Assembly: GCA_964617925.1 (NCBI GenBank)
Contig: CAZTYO010000003.1
Span: 1-47,034 of the forward strand
Reading direction: 5' to 3'
Length of the DNA: 47,034 nt
Source: Candidatus Woesearchaeota archaeon
Lineage (GTDB): Archaea > Nanobdellota > Nanobdellia > SCGC-AAA011-G17 > PNOQ01
Part shown: positions 18,857-28,707 of the stretch, one piece after another
Numbering within the stretch: position 1 is the stretch's first letter
Layout: every line of letters starts with the position of its first letter
Made by a program: the position numbers and the translations under genes
Notes under the pieces: generated by a model
Seen by the model: only the letters and a program-made list of their open reading frames with translations
Databases searched by the model: none
Told to the model about the DNA's origin: nothing

Positions 18857-19366
18857 ATGTTTGATTAATTCTTTTATATCACTATAAAGTGGGATAGTTC
18901 TAACTTTAAACTTTAGAATTAAGAATATCCAAATTCCTGCAACATAAATTGTAGAAAGAAGTTTCCAAAAAACTAGATGAATTGCATCAAACCATTCCTT
19001 TCCAAATTTTAAAGAAGCCAAGATTAAAAGATCAATTCTAAATATATTCATTAAAAGAATTAACAAAGTGCCCACTAACATCATTTTTATACTTTTTACA
19101 AATCTAATATCTTTTGTTGCAATTATTAATATAAATAATAAGAAATAGGCAGAGCTAGCTATACAGGCATGAATAAACTCAAAAGTATGAGTACCAGAAA
19201 TTATTGCATTTTTTGTTAAGCTTATCCCCGTATCAAAAAGAGAAAGGAAAAAATAACTTCCGAAAATAGTCAATGGTTTAACAGTTTCATAAAAAATGAA
19301 GTTGTAGAATAATATTGCAATCAAAGCTGAAAATAATCTAATTACCAATTTTCGTTCATAATTCAT
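18827..19366 (-). CDS. Exosortase/archaeosortase-family protein (pacearchaeosortase-like)
   Basis: Multi-TM protein with putative catalytic Cys (HACIA), Arg (NIFRI) and His (DAIH) in the family order. Confidence 0.85.
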   Translation of the reverse strand: MNYERKLVIRLFSALIAILFYNFIFYETVKPLTIFGSYFFLSLFDTGISLTKNAIISGTHTFEFIHACIASSAYFLLFILIIATKDIRFVKSIKMMLVGTLLILLMNIFRIDLLILASLKFGKEWFDAIHLVFWKLLSTIYVAGIWIFLILKFKVRTIPLYSDIKELIKHLKQSKPRRH

Positions 19367-19438
19367 ACTCTTGTCAATAGTTTCAAATTTATAATAATTT
19401 CTAACAAAATTTATAAATCCTCCAAATAATATTTATTT

Positions 19439-20002
19439 ATGAAAAAGGGATATATATTATTAGTTTTATCATTAATAGTAAGTTTTCTATTTGATAACCA
19501 GATTTTAAATTTTATATTAAACTTAAGAACAGAACAATTATCTATTTTTATGATTTCTTTAGAAACTTTAAGTGCGGAGTTAATTGTATTTGCAGTAGCA
19601 TTATTATTCTTTGTTGCAAAGAATAAAAGGAGATTATTAACTCCTTTAATTGCTAGTTTTGTAACTGTAGCAATCATAACATTCGGATTAAAATATTTGA
19701 TAGCTAGGCCAAGGCCATTAATTGATGCTTTAACCGCTCCATCAACCTTTTCATTTCCGAGCGGACATACAACTTTCATTTTTGCACCACTAGCTTTTTT
19801 CAACAAAGAATATCCAATTTTCAAATGGATTTGGTTGTTTATTGCAATATTAGTTGCATTTAGTAGGATTTATTTAGGCGTTCATTATCTTAGTGATGTA
19901 ATTGCTGGAGCAATAGTTGGATTTGGGTGTGGAAATCTTTTTATTTACTTAGAATCAAAATATAAATTATCAAAGAGGATTAAAAAATGGTTCAAGAGAT
20001 AA
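19439..20002 (+). CDS. PAP2 family lipid/undecaprenyl phosphate phosphatase
   Basis: KYLIARPRP, SFPSGH and SRIYLGVHYLSD motifs. Confidence 0.93.
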   Translation: MKKGYILLVLSLIVSFLFDNQILNFILNLRTEQLSIFMISLETLSAELIVFAVALLFFVAKNKRRLLTPLIASFVTVAIITFGLKYLIARPRPLIDALTAPSTFSFPSGHTTFIFAPLAFFNKEYPIFKWIWLFIAILVAFSRIYLGVHYLSDVIAGAIVGFGCGNLFIYLESKYKLSKRIKKWFKR

Positions 20003-20607
20003 TTGCCACATATTTACCAATTATAATAACTTGGCTACAATCAGTATGGGTAAGGATAATCGAGATAGTCAACTCACCAATTAAAACTCTAGAAATGCTT
20101 TGGCTATTAGTTCCATTATTATTAACACTATTTTTGATGGAATTATATTTTGGCAGGTATCAAGATGAAGAATTAGGTTGGAATACGGCATTTGGTAATG
20201 TTATATTATTAATATTCGTTGCAGCATATCTTGCAAACCATATTTATACAAATGAATTGTATTTTGATGTTACAAAAATAACTGTGACTGCAACAGTAAT
20301 ATTATTTGGAATAATTTTAATGATCGTAGACTTTTTTCATTTATTACCAAAGAAGATTGCCTTTCAAATCTCTTCAAAATTACCAATTAATTTCTTAGCT
20401 TTTTCTGCAATAATTCTAGTTTATACAAACATTCCAGTTGATTACATTACTTTGGCAGCATTTATTGGACTTTTAATTGGTTTTGCAACGGTTATTGGCT
20501 TAATTCATGTTCTAAGTCCACATGTTCGTGAAAAGTTTTTACCAAAGGCACCAAGCCCAACTAAAAAAAAGAAATTGAAAGCTCCAGAATATGATGGATC
20601 TACCTAA
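19987..20607 (+). CDS. Hypothetical multi-pass membrane protein
   Basis: About 5-6 hydrophobic helices; conserved-looking YFGRYQDEELGWNTAFGN loop. Confidence 0.75.
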   Translation: MVQEIIATYLPIIITWLQSVWVRIIEIVNSPIKTLEMLWLLVPLLLTLFLMELYFGRYQDEELGWNTAFGNVILLIFVAAYLANHIYTNELYFDVTKITVTATVILFGIILMIVDFFHLLPKKIAFQISSKLPINFLAFSAIILVYTNIPVDYITLAAFIGLLIGFATVIGLIHVLSPHVREKFLPKAPSPTKKKKLKAPEYDGST

Positions 20608-20702
20608 TTTTACGTAAATCGAAACCTTTATTAAAGTTTTTACAACTTTTGAATAATAACACATTTTGAAAATAATCAAAATTTAACTAGGGGGTTAAAT
20701 AA

Positions 20703-22934
20703 ATGAATAAAACATACAAAATAACAAGTATTTTCCTAGCACTATTCTTATCTTTTAGTATGGTTGCTCCAGTTGCAGAAGCTGGTTTTATGGAAGGTAT
20801 CTTTGGATTTCTAGGAATAAATGATGCTGGAGACGATTTTAGTCCAGAAATAAATATAGAATTTAGTAATCCAACAACAAATGAATTAACAGACATAACT
20901 TTTGAAGTAACTCAAGATCCAGATGAAATAGATATGGCTAGTTTGATTTTGGAATCAGATGGTGGTAGCTTAAACATCGAAAACTTATTTATTGGGCAAG
21001 TAGTTGGAAATTCTTCAACTTATTTTGGAGGTGGAGAATATGGTGGACCAAACAGTTTTGAAACAATAATCGAAGTTGTATACCTTAATGAGTCAGAGCA
21101 AATAGTGGGGTTAGTAGGAAATATAACGAATACAAATGCAACGAGTTACCCATTTAATACGACTGGATTTTCAATAGCTTATTTAAATATAACTTCTTCA
21201 GATGAAGGAATTGATATAGGTCCCTTGGAGTTTTTTAACATGACAGATGGATCAACTGCAGGAAATGGAAATATTGTATTCTTGAAAGACATAGTTATTA
21301 ATCCATCTTCAGAAAATGTAACAATAACTTCAACTGCTGTTTCATATTATGGGAATGAATCAAATACTTCAACAATAATTCAATTAAATAACAGGCCAGT
21401 TGCAGATGATGTTGAAGTTGAAACAAATGAAAATATAGTAGCAAACATAACTTTAAACGCAACAGATGCCGATGGAGATAATTTAACATATTCAGTAGTT
21501 TCTAATGCTACACATGGATCAGTTGAAATAATTAATAATATGGCAATTTACACTCCAGAAACAGGTTATATTGGTGAAGATTTATTTAATTATATTGTAA
21601 ACGATGGAGAACTAGATTCAGAAGAAGCAACAGTTACAATAACAGTTAATAATGTATTTCTTGGAGGAGTTAGTGTAATTTCATCTACAAATTTGGGAGA
21701 TTTAATACTTGATGAGCAAAAAAATATAACCTTAACATTAAGAAGTGAAGAAGAATTTTCACAAACTATATCTCTTGGTTATTCAATTGAAGATTTAGTT
21801 GATGAAGATTATATGGATGAAAGTATGATTTCATTTGATCAAGAATCATACACCCTAGAGAACGAAGGAGATGAAGTAAATATAACTTTGATAATTGAAC
21901 CAAATTCTCGTTATCAATATGTTGCAGATAATTTTGAAGGAAGGATATTAGTTAAGAATGCATCAGAAACATTGATAGAATCAATTCCAGTTGATTTCGA
22001 TGTGGAAACAGAGGTTTATGAAATAACTGATATAGATTTAAATCCAAATACTGAATTAGAACCTGGAGATAATTTTGATATAGATGTAGATGTTAAAAAT
22101 ATAATTGGATTTGATTTAGATGATGTTAAACTTAAAGTTTCAGTTAAAGATATAGATGACGGAAAAGATATCGATGAAGAAACAACTATAAACAATCTAG
22201 ATGATGGAGAAAAAGAATCTGAAAATTTCGATTTTGAAGATGTAGGAATTCCATATAATGTAGATGCAATCAAATATGATGTAACTCTAAAACTTACTGG
22301 GGAGGCAGAAGATAATGATGATGGCTATAATGGAAAAGTATACTTCCTATTCAGAGAATTTGTTGATGTAGAAAAAGATGAAGATGAAGATATAAGTATA
22401 ATCAATATAGAAATGCTTCAAACAATACTTAATTGTGGTAGTTCATCTACAATTCAATTTACATCAGTAAACACAGGGAAGGATGATTTAGATGATTCAT
22501 ATATGAAGTTAACAGTAAACGAGTTAAATATATCCGAAAGTTCAGTAGCTTTTGATCTAGAATATAATGATTATGATGATAGGGAGAAAGACATAGTATT
22601 TTTACTAATAGTTCCAGAAAATGCAACAGAAGGGAATTACACTGCAAAAATCTGGGCATATACTGAAGATGATGATTTAATTGGCTATAATACTATAGAT
22701 TTTAATGTTGTAGGAAACTGTGCAGCTTCAGATAATGGAGAAGATCAATCAGCAGATGAAGGTACTAATGAGGAATCAGATAGCGGGAATGGATGGGAGG
22801 AAGTAACTGGTTACACTTTCTTATCAACTGAATTTTTTGGAAGCGATGCTTTCAAAACAGTGTTCTGGATTCTAGGAGATTTAGTATTGGTAATCGTAGC
22901 AATCTACTTTGTTAGAAAAATCTTAAAGGGATAA
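20703..22934 (+). CDS. Acidic cell-surface (S-layer-like) glycoprotein with Ig/cadherin-like domains and C-terminal TM anchor
   Basis: Signal peptide, NNRPVADD...ATDADGD...YTP Ig-like repeat, many N-x-S/T sequons, C-terminal TM plus basic tail; GGGGGT RBS. Confidence 0.8.
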   Translation: MNKTYKITSIFLALFLSFSMVAPVAEAGFMEGIFGFLGINDAGDDFSPEINIEFSNPTTNELTDITFEVTQDPDEIDMASLILESDGGSLNIENLFIGQVVGNSSTYFGGGEYGGPNSFETIIEVVYLNESEQIVGLVGNITNTNATSYPFNTTGFSIAYLNITSSDEGIDIGPLEFFNMTDGSTAGNGNIVFLKDIVINPSSENVTITSTAVSYYGNESNTSTIIQLNNRPVADDVEVETNENIVANITLNATDADGDNLTYSVVSNATHGSVEIINNMAIYTPETGYIGEDLFNYIVNDGELDSEEATVTITVNNVFLGGVSVISSTNLGDLILDEQKNITLTLRSEEEFSQTISLGYSIEDLVDEDYMDESMISFDQESYTLENEGDEVNITLIIEPNSRYQYVADNFEGRILVKNASETLIESIPVDFDVETEVYEITDIDLNPNTELEPGDNFDIDVDVKNIIGFDLDDVKLKVSVKDIDDGKDIDEETTINNLDDGEKESENFDFEDVGIPYNVDAIKYDVTLKLTGEAEDNDDGYNGKVYFLFREFVDVEKDEDEDISIINIEMLQTILNCGSSSTIQFTSVNTGKDDLDDSYMKLTVNELNISESSVAFDLEYNDYDDREKDIVFLLIVPENATEGNYTAKIWAYTEDDDLIGYNTIDFNVVGNCAASDNGEDQSADEGTNEESDSGNGWEEVTGYTFLSTEFFGSDAFKTVFWILGDLVLVIVAIYFVRKILKG

Positions 22935-22965
22935 TTTTTTAATCCCCTATTTTCTTTTTATTTTT

Positions 22966-23802
22966 ATGAATTTAATGCCTGAGTCTAATTGGATTTCCAG
23001 TATAGAAAAACTAGAGAAAGAATCAATAAATTATTCTAAAGAAGAACTTAAAAATGCAATAATAGAATCAATAAAAAAACAATCAAAAGAGAATAATGCA
23101 GTTTTATTTTCTGGAGGGCTTGATTCGACTTTAATAGCACTAATTCTAAAAAAATTAAACAAAGAATTCACTTGTTATACTGTTGGAATAGAAAATTCAA
23201 AAGATGTCTTGGCAGCAGAAGATATTGCTGCTTGCCTGGGGGTTAAATTAAAATCAAGAATATTTTCAATGAATGAAGTAGAAGATTCATTAAAAGAAAC
23301 ATATAAAATTCTAAAACAAAGAGACCAAATAAAATTGAGTATAGGATCAGTTATCAATTCAGCAATAGATCTAGCAAAAGTAGACAATCAAGATAACCTA
23401 TTCTCGGGCCTAGGGGCAGAAGAATTGTTTATTGGATATGAAAGATATAGAAAATCAAAAGACCCCATTAAAGACTGTTGGCAAGGCCTAAGAACTACTT
23501 GGAAGAGAGACATAAGTAGAGACATAATAATAGCAAAGAAAAAAGAAGTAATCTTGAATTCTCCTCTGTTACAAGAAGAAGTGATAAGGCAAGCAATGGC
23601 ATTTCCAGTTAAAAAGAAGTTTAATAATGAAAGAGATAAAATAATTCTTAGGGAAATAGCAATAGATTTGGGACTACCAAAAGAATTCGCATATAGAAAG
23701 AAAGTTGCAGCACAATATGGATCTGGTTTTGATAAAATAATAACAAAATTAGCAAAGAAAAACGGGTTCAAACTAAAACGAGACTATATTAATTCATTAT
23801 AA
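22966..23802 (+). CDS. Asparagine synthase C-terminal domain protein (PP-loop ATPase, no glutaminase domain)
   Basis: FSGGLDS, SGLGAEELFIGY, K.ILR and RKKVAAQYGSG motifs. Confidence 0.85.
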   Translation: MNLMPESNWISSIEKLEKESINYSKEELKNAIIESIKKQSKENNAVLFSGGLDSTLIALILKKLNKEFTCYTVGIENSKDVLAAEDIAACLGVKLKSRIFSMNEVEDSLKETYKILKQRDQIKLSIGSVINSAIDLAKVDNQDNLFSGLGAEELFIGYERYRKSKDPIKDCWQGLRTTWKRDISRDIIIAKKKEVILNSPLLQEEVIRQAMAFPVKKKFNNERDKIILREIAIDLGLPKEFAYRKKVAAQYGSGFDKIITKLAKKNGFKLKRDYINSL

Positions 23803-23873
23803 GCGCACGCCAGGACTCGAACCTGGGATCAGAGGGTTGCAGCCTCTTGCCTTAGCCGCTTGGCTACGTGCGC
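23802..23873 (-). tRNA. tRNA-Cys(GCA)
   Basis: GCGCACG...AGAGG-CTGCAAC-CCTCT...GGTTCGAGTCC...CGTGCGC-T. Confidence 0.95.
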
Positions 23874-23878
23874 ATAAA

Positions 23879-23953
23879 CGGACCCACAGGGATTTGAACC
23901 CTGGATCTTCAGCTTAGAAGGCTGACGCCTTATCCAAACTAGGCTATAGGTCC
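23879..23953 (-). tRNA. tRNA-Arg(TCT)
   Basis: GGACCTA...TCAGC-CTTCTAA-GCTGA...GGTTCAAATCC...TGGGTCCG. Confidence 0.95.
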
Positions 23954-24047
23954 TTAGTGATTTGAAACAATTATAGTTTTATAAAACTTACTAAATAAGA
24001 AAAAACAATTCGAAGAACTTTTAAGTTTAACCAGATTAACAAAACAT

Positions 24048-24692
24048 ATGAACCAAGAAAGCAGGTTTAGATTATCTTTTCAAACGGATAATGGAACTCC
24101 AAAACTAGCAGGAGAACTAGCTTTTCAATTTGTTGATTATGGTTTAGTTTTTCATGATACTATTGAAAGGATATTAACTTCCGATAATCAAGTAGAATAT
24201 GAGTTATTTAGATTATATGTAATGGAATCAGAATATTCAAGCAAACAGAAAGTTATGGCATTTGGATATTGTGAAGAAGAAGGAAAGTGTTATCTTGGAG
24301 AGTTTCCAGTATTATCAGAAATAGAAAATCAAAATAGATTAAATCAAGTGATTGCAATATCTAATTATATTAACGAAGAATATATCACTCCTTTTGTAAG
24401 GCTTAATCTAGAACCTTCGGATTTTAAAACAAAATTCATATTTAAGGGAGATCAGAATTTCTCAAAATTAAAAGAGTCTTGGGAAAATTTATTGGTGCCG
24501 GATATGATTTCATTACTGCTAGAAGGGGGAGGAAGCCAGTGTTTTGATAATCTTTCATGTTATGAAAATTTGATTGAAACAGTTCAAAGAGATAAGAGTG
24601 TAGATGCAGTTGCTATGAGATCCTTAGAAAATATTTTAAGGGGAGTAGATATGCTAAAAACCAAATGTTTGGAGTTGGAATATGGAAATTGA
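24048..24692 (+). CDS. Hypothetical protein
   Basis: 214-aa ORF with a TATA-like element about 25 nt upstream; no recognisable motif. Confidence 0.7.
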   Translation: MNQESRFRLSFQTDNGTPKLAGELAFQFVDYGLVFHDTIERILTSDNQVEYELFRLYVMESEYSSKQKVMAFGYCEEEGKCYLGEFPVLSEIENQNRLNQVIAISNYINEEYITPFVRLNLEPSDFKTKFIFKGDQNFSKLKESWENLLVPDMISLLLEGGGSQCFDNLSCYENLIETVQRDKSVDAVAMRSLENILRGVDMLKTKCLELEYGN

Positions 24693-25329
24693 AGCAATAA
24701 TTTCTGACATGGATGGGACATTAGTACAATTTGAGAATAGTGATTATAAAAGTAGTTGGGACGCTATCGGAAATCAATTAACTGGTTGGAGAAAAGATCA
24801 ATGGTTTCTGAATCTTGAAGTATATTACAAAGAAAAAGATAAATTGTCAGAATGGGCAGAGTCAGATGCAATGCTTTTGAAAGGAATAAATGCAAAAGAA
24901 ATTTTACAAGGTTTACGTCCAATACCTTATAGTAATGGAGCAAAAGAATTTTTTAATAATGGTCATGGCAAATTATCTGGGATTTTGAGTGGCGGAGTAA
25001 GTTTGGTTGCAGATGAATTAAAAGATGAATTAAATATGGATTTTGCTTTGTCTTGTAAATTAAAAATAGAAAATGATTATTTCACTGGAGAAGTAGAAGT
25101 TTTGGACATGTGGAAGAAACATGAAATTTTAGAAGAGTATTTAATAAAAAATTATAATATTAAAATGGAGAATGTTTGTTACATCGGAGATCATGAAAAT
25201 GATTTAGAAGTTTTTAAAAGATCAGGACTCGCAATTGCTTTTGATCCAAAAATCCCAGAAGTAATAGATTTAACAAAACACACAATTTACGATTTTATGG
25301 ACTTAGAAAAAATACTAAAAGAATATTAA
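24682..25329 (+). CDS. HAD-superfamily hydrolase (SerB-like phosphatase)
   Basis: DMDGT, LSGG, K and GDHEND motifs. Confidence 0.88.
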   Translation: MEIEAIISDMDGTLVQFENSDYKSSWDAIGNQLTGWRKDQWFLNLEVYYKEKDKLSEWAESDAMLLKGINAKEILQGLRPIPYSNGAKEFFNNGHGKLSGILSGGVSLVADELKDELNMDFALSCKLKIENDYFTGEVEVLDMWKKHEILEEYLIKNYNIKMENVCYIGDHENDLEVFKRSGLAIAFDPKIPEVIDLTKHTIYDFMDLEKILKEY

Positions 25330-27075
25330 TTATTCAAGAATTGCCTTTATTCTTCGAACACCAGCAGAACTAGATTGTTCCTTTTTGATTTTAAATATGC
25401 CAAGTTTATTGGTATTATCTACATGTGGGCCAGTGCAAATTTCTTTAGAAACTTTTCCAATAGAATAGACAGAAACATCTCCAGAATATTCAAATAATCC
25501 TACTGCCCCTTCTTTCTTGGCCTTGGAAATATTCATTTCTTCTTTTTTTATCTTAATTCCTTTTTTTATCCATTCATTCATCAAGTCTTCAACTTTTTTC
25601 TTTTCTTCTTCAGTCATCTTTCTATCGAAATTAAAATCAAATCTTAATCTTTCTGCAGTAATATTTGAGCCTCTCTGTTCAACATCAGTATTCAAAATTT
25701 TCCTTAATGCACTATGTAACAAATGAGTAGCAGTATGTAACTTTTTCACTTCATCAGATTGATCTGCAAGTCCAGAACCGAATTTTCCTTTAGTTGCAGT
25801 TCGAGACAACCCTTGATGTTTTTTCATCTCTTTATCAAAGCCCAAGATGTCAATTTTTACATTATGTTCATCAGCCAATTCCCTTGTCATTTCTAATGGA
25901 AAACCAAATGATTGGAACAACAAGAAAGCATTTTTTCCAGACAATTTCTTATTTTTTGTCATCTCATTAAATTTCTTCAATCCCCTTTCTAAACTTTGTT
26001 CAAATTTAATTTCTTCTTTATTAAATTCTTCAATTATAATTTTTTTCTTCTCTTTTAAATTAGAATATTCTTTTGAATAAATTTTTATTATTTCTTTTGA
26101 AATTTCTCCACATACATTTTCTTTAGAAATTCCTAAAATTCTAGCATGCCTTATTGCAGACCTAATCAATCTTCTAAGTACATAACCTTGGTCAACATTA
26201 GAGGGAGCAATTCCATCATTTATTAAAAATGTTGCGGCCCTGACGTGATCTGCAACTTTTCTAATTGATAATTCTTCAACTTCGTTTATTTTTTTCAATC
26301 CTACAAGGTCTTTTATTTTATTAATGATTGGAATAAAAATACTAGTTTCATAAATTGATTTTTTCCCTTCAAGGATTGTCATAACTCTTTCAGTTCCCAT
26401 GCCAGTATCAACATTTTTTTGTTTTAACTCAGAGAATTTTCCCTTTGAATCTTTATTATATTGCATAAAAACATCATTCCAGATTTCTATCCAGAATTTA
26501 TCAGTTGGATCAAATCTCTCAGGTGCATTTCCATCTCCTGCCCAATAAAACATTTCAGTACAAGGGCCACAAGGACCAGTTTGTCCAGCAGGCCCCCACC
26601 AATTTTCATTAAGGTAAACTATTCTTTTTTTAGAAATTCCAAGTTCTAACCATCTATTTGCACTATCTTCATCTTTTGGAGAATCTTTATCCCCTGCAAA
26701 TGCTGTAATTCCAAGTTTTTCAACTGGAAAGTTTAACCATTTTTTAGAGGTAAGGAATTCAAAACTATAATCTATTGCATCTTTTTTCCAATATTCTCCG
26801 AGACTCCAGTTTCCAAGCATTTCAAAAAAAGTTAAATGCGTATTATCTCCAACTTCTTCGATATCTCCAGTTCTTAAACATCTTTGAATATTTACTAACT
26901 TTTTTCCGGCAGGATGGGTCTCTCCGAGTAAATATGGAACTAAGGGATGCATGCCGGCAGTAGTAAATAATACAGTTGGATCATTTTGAGGTATTAAGGA
27001 AAAATTAGCAATCTCTTTATGTTTTTTAGATTTAAAAAATTCAATATATTTTTTTTTCAATTGGTTGGATTTCAT
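25330..27075 (-). CDS. alaS: Alanyl-tRNA synthetase (short form lacking C-Ala)
   Basis: DPTVLFTTAGM, HLTFFEMLGNWS, GPCGPCTE and DTGMG motifs; editing-site HTATH and CTGPH; ends at GVRRIKA. Confidence 0.96.
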   Translation of the reverse strand: MKSNQLKKKYIEFFKSKKHKEIANFSLIPQNDPTVLFTTAGMHPLVPYLLGETHPAGKKLVNIQRCLRTGDIEEVGDNTHLTFFEMLGNWSLGEYWKKDAIDYSFEFLTSKKWLNFPVEKLGITAFAGDKDSPKDEDSANRWLELGISKKRIVYLNENWWGPAGQTGPCGPCTEMFYWAGDGNAPERFDPTDKFWIEIWNDVFMQYNKDSKGKFSELKQKNVDTGMGTERVMTILEGKKSIYETSIFIPIINKIKDLVGLKKINEVEELSIRKVADHVRAATFLINDGIAPSNVDQGYVLRRLIRSAIRHARILGISKENVCGEISKEIIKIYSKEYSNLKEKKKIIIEEFNKEEIKFEQSLERGLKKFNEMTKNKKLSGKNAFLLFQSFGFPLEMTRELADEHNVKIDILGFDKEMKKHQGLSRTATKGKFGSGLADQSDEVKKLHTATHLLHSALRKILNTDVEQRGSNITAERLRFDFNFDRKMTEEEKKKVEDLMNEWIKKGIKIKKEEMNISKAKKEGAVGLFEYSGDVSVYSIGKVSKEICTGPHVDNTNKLGIFKIKKEQSSSAGVRRIKAILE

Positions 27076-27112
27076 AATATAATAAAAAGAATAAAGTAAT
27101 TTAAAAATTTAT

Positions 27113-27505
27113 CTAAATTCTGAGACTGTTAAGCTTAGCTCTTATTTCTTCTATCTCTTTATCTAGGGCAGTTTTTTCAATTGGAGTCTTTTTTATTTGG
27201 TGAATCTTTTTTTTCTTTATTTCTTTTTTTCCATTCATCTCAATGGATTTCTCAATCTCTTCGATTTGAGGTAATTGTTTTTCTCTAATTAATTTGAATT
27301 CTTTTTCAATCTTTTTCATCAGAGTCCTAATCCTTTTCATTAAAGTTATTTTTTTATCTCTAAGTAAACCATATTTTTCATAACTTTTTAAAATATTAGT
27401 AGCATCAATTGCAGAATGTAAAATTTCTTCTCTGAGGATTAATGGAGCTTCAACTCTTACAAATGTAGTTTCCTCTTTTTTTTCAACAGCTTTTTTCTTC
27501 GGCAT
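27113..27505 (-). CDS. Hypothetical coiled-coil protein
   Basis: ORF immediately downstream of 27507-28016; start MPKKK. Confidence 0.75.
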   Translation of the reverse strand: MPKKKAVEKKEETTFVRVEAPLILREEILHSAIDATNILKSYEKYGLLRDKKITLMKRIRTLMKKIEKEFKLIREKQLPQIEEIEKSIEMNGKKEIKKKKIHQIKKTPIEKTALDKEIEEIRAKLNSLRI

Positions 27506-27506
27506 T

Positions 27507-28016
27507 TTAAAGTTCAAATAATTTTTTATCAACAACTAAGAGTTTGTTTTTTATTTTCTCTACATCGCTATGCCATTTTGCTAATTCTTTATCTTCTTCT
27601 GATCTTATTTTGCTTAAATCTGCTAAAACTAAATCTGCTTCCTTACATAATCCTTTAATTGTTTCAATCGATTCGATAGCTTCTTTGTATGAATCTATTT
27701 TAACAAAAATAGGTTTTCCACTCTGACCATTAGGTACAGTTCGTTTAGGAACATTTATTGGTTTAGCAATTTGACGAGTTTCACTAATCTGTGGAATACT
27801 TATCGGTCTTATCGCTTTTTTCCTAATTGGTATGGGTGATTTTTCTACTTCTTTTTTTATTGCACCAATTTCATCATTGTATTTTGGAAATCCTAATTTT
27901 TCTTCAGGTAATTTTGGTAATTCGGGAAGTTTAAGAGAAGGAATACCTTTTTCACCTTTCGGAATAGTTCCAGCAAAGCTTAAATTTTCTTTTTTTTTCT
28001 TTTTGAAAAGTCCCAT
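27507..28016 (-). CDS. Hypothetical protein (Pro-rich N-terminus, C-terminal coiled coil)
   Basis: GGAGGT RBS; PIFVKID motif followed by a helical hairpin. Confidence 0.8.
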   Translation of the reverse strand: MGLFKKKKKENLSFAGTIPKGEKGIPSLKLPELPKLPEEKLGFPKYNDEIGAIKKEVEKSPIPIRKKAIRPISIPQISETRQIAKPINVPKRTVPNGQSGKPIFVKIDSYKEAIESIETIKGLCKEADLVLADLSKIRSEEDKELAKWHSDVEKIKNKLLVVDKKLFEL

Positions 28017-28168
28017 TATATCTTACCTCCAACTAACAAAAAAGTATTTTAAATATTTTTAAAGATTGCCTGTTATTCAAAAGTAGTAACTTTTAGAAAA
28101 ATTAAGAAAATGATTAAAATAAAAAGCTTTTTAAACCGTCCGAACTAAAAAATTCTAAGAGATAAAAG

Positions 28169-28705
28169 ATGGCAATAAATTTAGAAAAAGTGGATAATCT
28201 GGTGGGGAAACTAACTGGGAAAGAAACAGTACAATTAGTCAGATTAATTATAGAAGGCACTGAAAACGTGTCTGAATTTATATTAGCAGAAAAACTGGAG
28301 ATGAGGATTAATCAAGTCAGAAACATGTTATATAGGCTTCAAAAGTACAATCTAGTAACTTCAATGAGAAAAAAAGATAAACAAAAAGGTTGGTACATTT
28401 ATTATTGGACTTTTAATGAAATTCAAGCAAAAGTATTGATGAAAAGTGTAAAAAAAGAAGAGATAGAATTATTAAAAAAAAGATTAGAGAAAGAAGAAGA
28501 TGGAGAATATTACACTTGTCCAAAAAAATGTTTAAGATTGAATTTTGTTAATGCAATGGATAACGATTTCAAATGTCCCTTATGTGAAAAAGTTCTAAAA
28601 CAAGTTGATAATAAGAAAATAATTAAAGAATTAAAAAAAGAAATTGAAGTTTTAGAATCAATTCAAGATTCAATTCAAGAACCTGTTCCTGCAGTTGAAG
28701 CATAA
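28169..28705 (+). CDS. tfe: Transcription factor E (TFE alpha)
   Basis: wHTH (VRNMLYRL...GWYIYYW) plus zinc ribbon CPKKC...FKCPLC. Confidence 0.93.
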   Translation: MAINLEKVDNLVGKLTGKETVQLVRLIIEGTENVSEFILAEKLEMRINQVRNMLYRLQKYNLVTSMRKKDKQKGWYIYYWTFNEIQAKVLMKSVKKEEIELLKKRLEKEEDGEYYTCPKKCLRLNFVNAMDNDFKCPLCEKVLKQVDNKKIIKELKKEIEVLESIQDSIQEPVPAVEA

Positions 28706-28707
28706 TT

